A stretch of 64,000 bases of DNA from Vitrella brassicaformis CCMP3155 (lineage: Eukaryota > Protista > Chromerida): NCBI GenBank assembly GCA_001179505.1, contig CDMY01000252.1, positions 84,044 to 148,043 on the forward strand, written 5' to 3'. A program made the position numbers and the translations under genes. Below are positions 24,719 to 35,048 of this stretch, one piece after another. Below the pieces are notes generated by a model. It did not search any database and was not told the origin of the DNA. It saw nothing but the letters and a program-made list of their open reading frames with translations. Position 1 is the first letter of the stretch; the number at the start of each line of letters is the position of its first letter.

Positions 24719-25739
24719 TCACTTCGCACTGTCTGCTCTTCCCACGTCCCGCCCTCCCTCACACTTCTCCCCCTCTCCCCCTGCCCCCTGTGCACCGCTG
24801 GCAGACGCCATCTGCTTTTCCGCTCTTGCCGGGTGAGCCTGGTCATCAGAGCCCTTCGTGGCCGCTGTGGTTTCATCCCTGTGGCTGTCGGGTGCCGCGG
24901 GTGGTGGTGGGGAGTCCACAAGTGACGACGCAGGCCTCTCACTGCCGGCAGCCGTCGCCACCTCCCTCTCCCCCGGCCCGCTCTGTGTTAGTGTCTCCTC
25001 CTTCTGCTTCGTCGGTGCCTCGATGCTCACTGTCGGCTCCTCTGCATTGGCAGGCGCCTGGGTCGGCTCGTCGGATTTGGCTGCGGCCAGCCCATCTCTC
25101 TCCTTGACATCATATCTTCTGTACAGCTCGTCAATGTCGACTTTTCTGCTGCTGTTAGTCGGCGCAGTGCCGAATTTGGGGCCGACTGTTGTCGGATACC
25201 GAAGGCGAACCGCCACGTCGCGGACCTTCTCGAGCTGTGTCTCGTAGAACTCTGGCCGCAGCCTCTCGTTGATGACCTTTGTGGGGTGCGGAGGCGGCAG
25301 TGTCTCGAGCATTCGCCTCTCCATTCCGAATCCTGCAGTGCAGACAGGCGGACTGGTTGCTTTGACCCTCTCTGTGGGTGTGGTGGATGGTTCTTGATTG
25401 ACCTGGCAGTGTCAGTCCAGGGCTGCCCTTCCATCTGAGCCGCGGATCAGTCACCAACGAGTACTCCCCCACGCCAGGCAGCCGCGCTGCCTCAATCGGC
25501 CGCCATATCCCTCCAAACTCGTCCCGCACGCCCAGCTTGATGCGGTGCTTGCTGAGGGTGCTCTTCTCGACAGAGGGCAGCTCCTGCAGGACGTCGATGT
25601 ACCTCTTCTCCACGTGTTCTTGATGGGGCAGCAGCCTCCTTTGCCGTGGTGATGGCACCGTTGACTTGGTGCTCCTGCTGAAGGGGTCTGAGAGGTTAGT
25701 GGTCGACATGGGCGAGGGGGCCGTGCGCGACGTTGACAT
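24719..25739 (-). CDS. Hypothetical protein (2 exons), weak resemblance to SHIPPO/STPG-repeat axonemal proteins
   Basis: MSTSRTAPSP…PGVGEYS…LTLP/GFGMERR…KFGTAP…. Intron about 25422-25335 with GTCAAT donor and CTGCAG acceptor. Low-complexity acidic C-tail. Confidence 0.55.
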
Positions 25740-25876
25740 CGTTGTTTGACTTGAAAGAATGGTCGACAAGGAGTGGAGACGCTTCAAAGCTCGCCATACG
25801 AACCCCCACGCCCCCCGTCTCCGACTCAGGGTGGCAGACTCCCGCCGCCCGTCGCAGTGACTGACAATCCCAGAAT

Positions 25877-26281
25877 ATGGCTGGTTTTTTAACCGTTTTC
25901 GTGGCAGCTCTTCTGATCCCTGGCCTGATGGCTCTTCAGCCTCCCAGGAATGGTGACCGAAGAACAACACCAGAGAATGAGCCGAGTGCCGCGGTTTGCA
26001 ATGTGCGCTGTCAGGTACATTTGCAGTCAAGACAGACGACGACAAGTCCCTTGCCACCCCCCTGATCTCTCACCACAACCCGAGATCACTTGGGAGACTT
26101 GTCCGAGACGCTGGCCGAGACGCCCACACGGTACGAGTGCGACGGCTCCTGCAAGAATAAGAAGCCGGGCGACCAATGTGGCTCCTACAATATCGGCGGC
26201 CACATGGCTCCGTGGACGTGCAAGTGCACAGAATACCCCAGGGTCTTGCTCCCCGGAACCATACTCAAGTGCATGGTCTGA
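25877..26281 (+). CDS. Small secreted cysteine-rich protein
   Basis: Signal-peptide-like MAGFLTVFVAALLIPGLMA, then CNVRC, and in the same frame after one TGA (26063-26065) YECDGSCKNKKPGDQCGSYNIGGHMAPWTCKCTEYPRVLLPGTILKCMV*. The joining intron is not unambiguously defined. Confidence 0.5.
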
Positions 26282-26753
26282 CCAACCAGGCCCACTGATT
26301 CAGGTATGTATGTAGCGGTCTGTTCGTTCATCCCCTTTTTGTGTATAGTTTGTGTGTGCGTGTGTGTCATTGCAACACACAGGCAAACAGTGGACAGATG
26401 TCCTACATGAGAGAGAGAGAGAGAGTCTGCCCGTGACAGATTGATTGCGTTTGCGCGGGCACACTTGAAAGTTCAAACCCTGTGAGGAACACACAGCATT
26501 ATCGATCAGACATGCACAGTGTCTGTCAGCATTGAGCAGTCCATCATCCTTCCTTACACGAGCCAGCCGGCAGTCGCACCCCTGGCTGAACTACCGACAA
26601 ATATGCCAACACTCTGCAGGGAAAAAATGGCCGACCGGCACAAACAAGCCGGTGGCACACACACCGGCCCTCCATGACCCCTCAGAGCATGGAAAAAGTT
26701 CCCTCCCCTCCCTCCCTCCCCCGCTGCCCACGTCAGGTCGGTAAGTCTGTGAG

Positions 26754-29480
26754 TCAGTGAGTGGTGCCGAAGATGTGTGGGCAGTGTTTGAAATCGTTGT
26801 GTCGCTTCTTCTCCCAGTAGCTGCCCCTGAAGGCCCACGTGGCCTCCCCCGTGTACTTGTCCCTTGACCGCTGGAACCACAGCGGCGAGTAGTCCTGCTC
26901 CCCACGCGGCCGCTTCTTGGCCGCCTCACGCTGACGGTCCTCCAGTCTCGTCTTCTCACTCGAGGCCTCGTCCAGCCGGCCCTCCTCGTAAGCACGCTGG
27001 TCGGGGCGGAATCGCGAGTCGGTCCGCGGCATGTGGGCACCGGCCTGTCGGTCGTATTCGGGCGTGATCTCGTTGAGCTCCATCGCCATCTGGCTGTAGT
27101 TGAAGTACTGCTCGGCGTGGGCGGGCAGCGGTGTGGGCGACCACAGCACGCGACGAGTGGAGGGGTCTGACTGGATGGACTCCCAGTCGACCTCAGGGAT
27201 GGGCATCGACCCCACGGGCGGCGGATGGTGGTGATATGAGTGCTGGCTCGACGACGACCCCTTGCGGCCCCTCGCCCGCTTGGCGGCGGCTGAGCTGGGG
27301 TCCTGCGTGGCAGAGCCGTCCACCTGGCCGCTGGCCTCAGACATGAGCGAGGATGAAGTCGACCCACGCACATGGTGCTGCAGCAGCGGCTCCTGCTCGG
27401 GAGATGTGTGCTGGGGGTGTGGCGGGGTGGGGGTGGGGCGCGAGTTGCCGTCGCTTGGGATAGGTCCGGGGTCGCACCTCTCGGCCCAGACCTCAGCGCT
27501 CCAGCTGCCCCCGAGCAGCCAGTGTGTGCGGCCGTGCTTGTCCTGGACGACGCCCCGCAGCTGGTGCATCTTCTTGTCGAACCAGCCCTTGCGCAGCAGC
27601 TCGATGATGGCCACGTCGCCCGTGCTGTGGTTGGTCACGAGCACCGTGCCGTACCACTCCACCCACAGACGGCCGAACAGGATGTTGTGCACCACCATGT
27701 GCGGCCGCGCCCACGTGAAGTGGTCGGCCTCGGCCACCCGTGGCAGCACGCAGTGGATGCTGCCCGACGGGATGGCCTCCACCGACTTGCCGATGAAGCG
27801 GTTCTTGAGATGCACGTGGCCCCAGATTACAAAATCGTCACTCTCGGCATGATATGCAGACACCGGCGGGTGGTGACCAACCTGAATGCAGACACCATCA
27901 CAGAACACACACATCCATGCGACCACATCCTGACCTCTCCGCCTCCCTCCCTCCCTCCCTCCCTCGCTGACCTGCTCAGCAATGAATCGGAACCCCCTGT
28001 GTGTGATCTCGTAGGTCTCTCCGAGCAGCGGGTTGAAGGGCTTGACGAACCGCCCCACCGTCGAGGCGAATGGCGTCACCGAGAAGACCGCCATGTACAC
28101 GAGCCGCTCCAGCGGGTCTGTGAGGCTGGCGGCCGTGCGCACCAGTGCCGTGTACTGCAGGTCCTCCGCGAGCCGCTGCAAAAAGCTGGTCGGCTCGTTG
28201 AAGAAGATGGGCATGGAGATGCGGCTGAGGTCCTTGCCGATGAACTCCTTCAGGATGTTCCACAGGCTCACCTTGATCTCCGCGCGTGGCACGGGCAGCC
28301 GTGTGCGCCGCTGGATGCCGCCCGCCGGCTGGGAGCCGTTGCTGACCACCGCTGCAGATGAGCTGACGGTGCCATAGTCGGGCCGATAGACGAGCGGCGA
28401 TGCGCCGGCAGCTGCTGCTGTCGACTCGTCGATAAGCTTTTCGGCAGCGTCGAAGAAGTCCTCATAGTCGTCCCATTCGCCCTCCTCTTCCTCCTCATCA
28501 GCATTAAGCACTCCTCCCTCCTTGGAGCCAAGTCGGGATGCCGCCCGCGCCAGCTGGTGGTTCTCCTTGCCGATGTGCAGGAAGGTGTTCTCCAGGGCCA
28601 TGTGCCGCCGCGTCTCCTTCTTGGCCCACGCCTCGGCCTGCGAGAACTGCTGGTCGCTCAGGGCCTCGATGGTCCACAGGATGCTCTTCATCTGATCGAG
28701 GCACTCGGTGACCTGCTGCTGCGCCGCCTCGTCCTCGAGCTCGCCCACGATCCGTATGGCCATCTCGTGGTGCTTGGCGTAGTCGTGCATCTTGTCGCGC
28801 AGGCGGGTGCGGGTCTCGCCCAGCTGCTCCACAAAAGTCAGCTGCGGCACCGTGCTGTTGTCGTCATCGGTGGCCTCGATCGACGGCGTGGGCGAGTAGT
28901 TGGGCAGCGAGCCGTCGGTGGTCCTTGCGGGCGGCTTGAGGGAGGCATTGTGCAGGCCGCCCTTGGCCTTGGTGAGGGCGTCCAGCCACCGCTCCTTGTC
29001 CTCCTTGCTCGCAGCCTTGAGCGTCACTCTGCCGCGGGGAGTGGCGATCTCGAAGCGATGGGCGTCACCGTGGCAGAGCGACAAGCCGCACTCGCTGAGG
29101 GCGAAGCTGTCCCGCAGCGGCCCGCCCTTCTCGTGTGAGTACTTGAGCACCCCCAGCTCCACAGTGAAGTGCCGGGGCCGCCACGCCTTGACATAGTTGG
29201 TCCACTTCATGAGCTCCCCCTGGTGGAGGACGTAGGGGGTGACGGTGATGTTGCACGTCTCCGAGTGTCTGTCGAGCTCTGACATGTCGAAGTCGCACTC
29301 GCAGACCATGCACTGGATCAGCGGGGTCGCGGGCCTGCGGGACTGAGTGCTGCCCGTGTGTCCTCCGATGGTCGGCGAATGGACACCTGGAGATTGTGCT
29401 GAAGAGGACGCTGAGTGACTGTTGACTGCGCGGGGAAGAATAGGCAAGCCGACCTCTTCACCAGTACCTGGTGAGCGCAT
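26754..29480 (-). CDS. Oxysterol-binding-protein-related protein (Zn-finger, PH, FFAT, ORD)
   Basis: PH domain GELMKWTNYVKAWRPRHF…WLDAL. FFAT EDFFDAAE. ORD SLWNILKEFIGKDLSRISMPIFFNEPTSFLQRL, KPFNPLLGETY, EQVGHHPP, DSRFRPDQRAYEEG. One in-frame intron at about 27973-27884. Confidence 0.93.
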   Translation of the reverse strand: MRSPGTGEEVGLPILPRAVNSHSASSSAQSPGVHSPTIGGHTGSTQSRRPATPLIQCMVCECDFDMSELDRHSETCNITVTPYVLHQGELMKWTNYVKAWRPRHFTVELGVLKYSHEKGGPLRDSFALSECGLSLCHGDAHRFEIATPRGRVTLKAASKEDKERWLDALTKAKGGLHNASLKPPARTTDGSLPNYSPTPSIEATDDDNSTVPQLTFVEQLGETRTRLRDKMHDYAKHHEMAIRIVGELEDEAAQQQVTECLDQMKSILWTIEALSDQQFSQAEAWAKKETRRHMALENTFLHIGKENHQLARAASRLGSKEGGVLNADEEEEEGEWDDYEDFFDAAEKLIDESTAAAAGASPLVYRPDYGTVSSSAAVVSNGSQPAGGIQRRTRLPVPRAEIKVSLWNILKEFIGKDLSRISMPIFFNEPTSFLQRLAEDLQYTALVRTAASLTDPLERLVYMAVFSVTPFASTVGRFVKPFNPLLGETYEITHRGFRFIAEQVSEGGREGGRRRGQDVVAWMCVFCDGVCIQVGHHPPVSAYHAESDDFVIWGHVHLKNRFIGKSVEAIPSGSIHCVLPRVAEADHFTWARPHMVVHNILFGRLWVEWYGTVLVTNHSTGDVAIIELLRKGWFDKKMHQLRGVVQDKHGRTHWLLGGSWSAEVWAERCDPGPIPSDGNSRPTPTPPHPQHTSPEQEPLLQHHVRGSTSSSLMSEASGQVDGSATQDPSSAAAKRARGRKGSSSSQHSYHHHPPPVGSMPIPEVDWESIQSDPSTRRVLWSPTPLPAHAEQYFNYSQMAMELNEITPEYDRQAGAHMPRTDSRFRPDQRAYEEGRLDEASSEKTRLEDRQREAAKKRPRGEQDYSPLWFQRSRDKYTGEATWAFRGSYWEKKRHNDFKHCPHIFGTTH

Positions 29481-29739
29481 AGGGACCTCCCCTTACCACC
29501 AGCAGTCTCGAGATCTCCGGGAGAACGCAAAATGAGGAGAGCGTCTGCAAGCTTAGCTTTGCTGTCCTTCAAGCTTCGGTGGAGAGCGAATGAGGAGAGA
29601 TATCCACGTCCTCGTGTCTTCGATGAGGAAGCTGTGTGTGCAGATCTTCAGAATGCCCCGTTCAAGAAAGCTCACCACCCGTTGCAGGTCATCATTGACC
29701 CTGCCTGGTCCTGATCTCAAGACCTCTGCTGCAGCTCCA

Positions 29740-30425
29740 ATGGGCCAGAACGGCAGCTGTGACGGCTGCTGCGACGACAGCAGCAAGATCAACGTCATCT
29801 TCCGCGTGCAAGCCTCCGACTGCACCGAGAAAGGCGAAACACGTAAGCCACCAAGCGGACCTGCCACACTGCAGAGAAGTATTCTTCGTGTGTGTGTGTG
29901 ACTCAGTCGCCATACTGGGCACCCGTGGCGTGCTTGGCGGGGGAGAGGTTGGCCAAGCGCTTCGGATGGAGGAGAGGAGGGACGGCGAGTGGGCGGCAAT
30001 GGTCCGCCTCGACGCTGGTCCGGTCGAGTATATCTACGTCAATCTTGAGAAGGACGGCTCCGTCAAGTACGAGGCCGGCGGGAAGCCGGTGCGCCACTGC
30101 CGAAGGTTGATGATGGTGCCCGAAGGTCCGGGATTGCTCATCCAAGATGACATCATCGGAGAGGCGGACGGCCCACCGCCTGTGCGAATACAGGTGAGGA
30201 GGGAGGCACATGGAGGTTTTGGTCGTTCGCAGGTCTGGAAAATGGATGGATGTGCGCGTGTGTGGGGGGTTCGTTCAGCCACTCGTTGGCCGCCACAAGC
30301 CGAAAAAGGATCGGGGCACCCAGACGCCCCGGAAGCCACTCGAGTGGCTGATCTACCCGATAATGGAGGATTCGCCCGAGTATGTGACTCTTGTCCACGA
30401 GTTCTGGCCACACATGGGAGAGTAG
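29740..30425 (+). CDS. CBM20-like starch-binding-domain protein with N-terminal myristoylation/palmitoylation-type motif
   Basis: Exons 29740-29842, 29907-30193, 30279-30425 give MGQNGSCDGCC…INVIFRVQASDCTEKGETLAILGTRGVLGG…ALRM…GEWAAMVRL…VEYIYV…KYEAG, which follows the CBM20 spacing. Confidence 0.65.
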
Positions 30426-31273
30426 ACAGTCAGCTGGGCTGGGCGGTCAGGGCGGCTCGGCAGGCTGGCCCGGCCCGCAGCGTCCGTCCCCAGAACACTG
30501 TGCATCAGTGTGTGTGTATTCCATTGCAATCATCGCCTCTGTTGTGCGTCCCTTTGTGCTGTGCTTGTACATATGCTGGTATGCTGGCCTTTTGTAAGTA
30601 ACTGTGTGTCCGTCCGTCGTGGGGTGTGGTGTGGGGGAGTAGGGGGAGGGGGTAGCTCAGATGGTATGTATGGTCGCTTGCTTTAGTCGGTCAGCTAGCT
30701 CACCAGGAGAGGTGTGAGTAGTTTGTCTGGTGTGTGCAGATGGGTTGCTTGCCTGTTGGTTGGTTGGTCTGCCATGACAGACAGACGCAGGGCAGACGGC
30801 CAGCCAGCCAGTAGTGGCTGGATGGGACTGTCTATCTAGAGTGGCTGACCCTTTTTTTTGCTCTGCCCAATCAAGGAAGGATTGACGTGATGTGCTATGC
30901 TGTGCTGTGCAAGTGCGATCAAGCGTCAATCGGCCGACCTCACGTGTGAGTCACTGTGAAGGCGAAACGTAGAACTGTCAGCCCGCCCACTCTCACACCC
31001 ACTCAGTTGTCGTGGATAGGATACCATCACACTCCCTCCCCGTGAGACCTAAAACTTGTGTAGCATGCATGTCACGATCGATGCACACTCACTGCTACGT
31101 ATGTCAGTCACATCAGCCAGCCAGCCAGCGCAGAGAGGGGCAAACAGATCTCCTCGGGCAGGCAGGCAGAGACATGCACGCACACACGACAGACACCCAT
31201 ATGCACCACAAACACATTCGCTTGGTCGGTCGCTCCATATGAATCGCTTGACGCGACGCAATAATATAATCAG

Positions 31274-32947
31274 TCACCTGGTATAGCCCTGTGTGTTGGT
31301 GCCAGCTGTGTCTGGGAAGACCTTGACGCCTCCCTCCCTGTACTCTGGGTTAAACCACCGCCGCTGCTTGCCCTCCTCCTCGCTCAGCTTGCTCAGGCGC
31401 GCCATGTCATCGTCCGACAACTGAAAGCCAAACACCTGACAGACACATGCACAGCATGCCACGGTCACCAACCAAGAGACAGACACGCACACACGTGTGT
31501 GTGAGGGGGCCGGGGCGCCATGGCATGGCGTGTGCGCGATGTGATTATACTCACTTTGGTGTTGTCGATGATGCGTGACGGCGTGACGCTCTTGGGGATG
31601 ACGATGACGCCCCGCTGCAGGTGCCAACGGAGGCAAATCTGCACACACAGAGACAAGAGACGAGCAGAGGGTGGACACACACAGGGGAGCCGAGCCTCCC
31701 TCTGGGATCAGCTCACTCGAGTAGGTACCTGTGCGGGCGACTTGTTGTATTTGTTGCCGAGGTCGACGACGAGGGGGTCGGTGAGGCCCGAGATGTCGTT
31801 GTCGCGCACGTTGCCAAGGGGGCTGTACGCCACCATGTGAATGCCCTCAGACTGACATACCGACCGACCGACACAAATGTAGACTGACTGACAGGTGGTG
31901 CCGCCTGTGTGTGTGTGAAGCAGTCTGTCTGGGGTGGTGTGGTGTGGTTGTGACCTTGAGGAAGTCCTTGAGTTGGTGCTGTGGCCTGAAGGGGTGGCAC
32001 TCCACCTGATCCACCACAGGCGGGATGTCGCAGTTGTCCAAGATCAACTTGGCCTCCTGAGATGACACACACAAATCACACAAACACAGCCATCGCCACC
32101 CAGGCAGGCCCCTTCCTTCTCTGCCGGTCGGTCTCTCTGCCCTCGTCTGACCTCGATGGAGAAGTTGCTCATGCCGAGTGTCTTGACGAGTCCCTCGTCG
32201 ACCAGCTTCTCCATCGCACGCCATGTGTCGGTCAGCCCCACATCGGCCGCGCGGATGACGCCGTTCTCGTCCTTGGGCCAGGGCTCCGTGGCGATGTCGC
32301 TGGGCACCATGGGGCAGGGCCAGTGGGGCAGGTACTGGTCGATGTACTCGAGACCCAGGTCATCCAACGTTTTTTGCAGCCCGGACTTGACATCCTCGGG
32401 GCGAAACTTGGTGCCTGGTGGACACACAGGAGAGAGAGAGCGGGTGATTTGTTGGTCCGTCTGTCTGTCTGCGTGCTTACACCACAGCTTGGAGGTGACC
32501 CAGAGCTTGTCGCGTGTGATCTTGCCGGCAGCGATTGCCTTTGCGATGCCGTCGCCCACCTCGTGCTCGTTGCGATAGATGGCCGCGCAGTCCAGGTGGA
32601 TGTACCCATTGCTCAGGGCACACTGCAGACCAACACAACACAACACAACACAGCGAGCGGCAAATCGACGCACCTCTCCTAGCTCTCTCTATCCCTCCCC
32701 TGTCCCGCTTGTTGATACCTCCACTGCCTGTGCGACTTCGTTGGGCTGTGCCCGCCACGTGCCCAGGCCGAACCGAGGCATCCCGAGCGTCTTGCCAGCG
32801 CGCAAAGGCTGCAACCAGCACACACACGCACACAAGCATCTCTCTCAAGACACGTCGTTGGAGGCTTGGTGCCATTCTCTGGTGCACCACGCGGCTCTCA
32901 AGGTTGCACTCCGCCAGGTCGGCCGCCATGCTCTTCTCGCCTCCCAT
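31274..32947 (-). CDS. Aldo-keto reductase (AKR1-like)
   Basis: MPRFGLGTW, HLDCAAIYRNEHEVG, VTSKLW, LPHWP, GMSNF, QVECHP, AYSPLG, VIPKSVTPSRI. Catalytic D/Y/K/H all present. First exon and start uncertain. Confidence 0.93.
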
Positions 32948-33110
32948 TGTTGTCGCAAGGATGCGGCAAAACTGACAACAGGCAAAACGTTCCTGATTGC
33001 ACCCTCTGGCGCCGTTGGCTTGCCTCGGCCAATCCAACGGCCGCCAACGGGCGATCCTCGCCATTTCTAAGCGCGCAAGAAGGCGTTTGCCCGTGGCCTT
33101 GTCCGAGAAG

Positions 33111-34435
33111 ATGGACCCGCTGAAGTTTCGGATGGACTTCTTCTGTAAGCCAAGCACACGAACGAGACGGAAAAATCCCTCCTCACATCACCTACCTCTT
33201 CGGTGGTTTGTGTGCGTTGTGCAGCCCCCAAGGACAGTGATTCTTCACCATTGAACAGTTCAAACAGGCCGTGTAGGGCAGACACAAAGGAACGAACACA
33301 CAGAGCACCGAGAGAACAGGGCTTATTTGGATGTGTTGTGTGTGTGTTTGTTGCGTGTGTGTTCATGCTCTGACAGGAACGCCAATATCGTGCCTCACGG
33401 CTCCCACTTGGCTGTCAAGATCAACGGGGGCCCGCTGGGAGTGCTCAATGCCTACCACCACGGCCTCGTAGACATCAACGAGAGAGAAGTCATCCACTTC
33501 GCGTGCGTGAGCACAGACGAACGAGGAAGGATGACCATCCATCCACAATTTTCGCTCACCGTTCTGCTGCCAGTGGTGACGGCCGGCAGTCGAAGCGGGT
33601 CGCTCGCATCTGTGTGTGGACGCTGGACAAGTTCCTCACCTCCTACGACACGCAGGGGCTGTACGTCATCCGCTACACGCCCCAGAAATTCACCGGAGAG
33701 GAAGTGGTCACGCGGGCCCGCTCTCAAGTCGGCGGCGGGAGGTACAACGTGGTCATGAACAAGTGCGAGCACTTCTGTACATGGTATGGTCAGCGAACGA
33801 TTGAGCGGAGGGGAAAGAGGCAAGTGAGGATGCTGCCATTATCTGACTGTCTCTCTGTGTGTGTGTGTGTGTTGTGTGCAGGTGCCACACAGACGTGCAG
33901 GGGTCGTGTCAGATCGATGCTGCCCTCGTTGGCTTGTTTGCCTCCCACTTGGTGGGCGCCTTGCCCTACGTTAAGGTCCTACCTGCACCAGCGAGGCACG
34001 CTGTGGGCATGGCCGCAGGTGCGAATCGACAACCAGGGGACATCCATCAATCAGCCAACACAGTACAGCTGGCCATGAATTGAATGAATGGCATTGATTG
34101 TGTGTTCATTTCATTCAGTTGCGGGGATGCGAGCAATGGCCAAGAAGGTGTACAAGAGGGACGTGGTGGACCCCAAGACCACCGACAGAGACAGAGGGGC
34201 CGTCGAGGGTGGGGGGCCAGAGGAGACCATGATACTCGAGGTAGAAGGGCCGACTGAGGATGAGGCATCATCAGCACCACCATCATCAGCGGGGGCTGAC
34301 GAGGGCCCCAAGCGAGATGGGGATGGTCGGATAATCATCACGGAGAGGGAGCTCGTGAGGGGGCTGGAGGGCGAGGTTGTGATAGGCAGGAAAAACAAGG
34401 GCTTCTTGGCCAAGGCGCTGGGCAGGGGAAACTAA
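33111..34435 (+). CDS. LRAT/PLAAT (NlpC/P60, H-box/NC) family acyltransferase/phospholipase-like protein
   Basis: AYHHGLV, EVIHF, VVTRARSQVGGGRYNVVMNKCEHFCTWC (NCEHF motif), followed by a hydrophobic segment and an acidic tail. Confidence 0.8.
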
Positions 34436-35048
34436 CTGATGACTGATGGATGGATGTCATGGGTCGATCGGTGGATGGATACGTACGGGGATGCGACTGA
34501 CTTGCACCGCACCGACGGCTATGTACAGTGAGTGGCTGGCAATGGATTGCTTGTCTATGAAGTGGTCCAGACATAGTGTCTCACAGACATCGCTTTCACA
34601 TCTAGAGAGACGGGTCAACCAACCGGCACAAAGGAAATGCACCAGAGTCCTCGACTCATGGCGAAAGGCAGCTGAATCGCCTCAGAACCCTCAGAACGTC
34701 TAAAGAGCCAGTTTTGCCCCGAGCTCGTCGATGGACCCCACAGTTGTGTCTCGATCCAACGCGCTCTCATGACTGCAATCAACCAAACGATAGATAATGC
34801 ATCGGTCTGGCGCAGGGCCCATCACAACGACACCCACACAGTGTGTCTCACGTGCCAGAAGTCACCAATCTATCTACACACACACACAGGAAGGAGACCT
34901 GTGCTTCAATCCGCCCCTCACCAATCGGCCCGCCAAGCCCCAATCATGACATACACACACATTCTCTCTCACACGCACCACGCCATAAGACACTCCGGAT
35001 CCTGGCAGATTTGCTGGCTCACTCACTACCTGCCAATCACTGCATGAT

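Noticed and set aside
33056-33070. GCCATTT resembling part of the dinoflagellate spliced leader
   Set aside because: Only 6-7 nt match; the rest of the 22-nt leader is absent.
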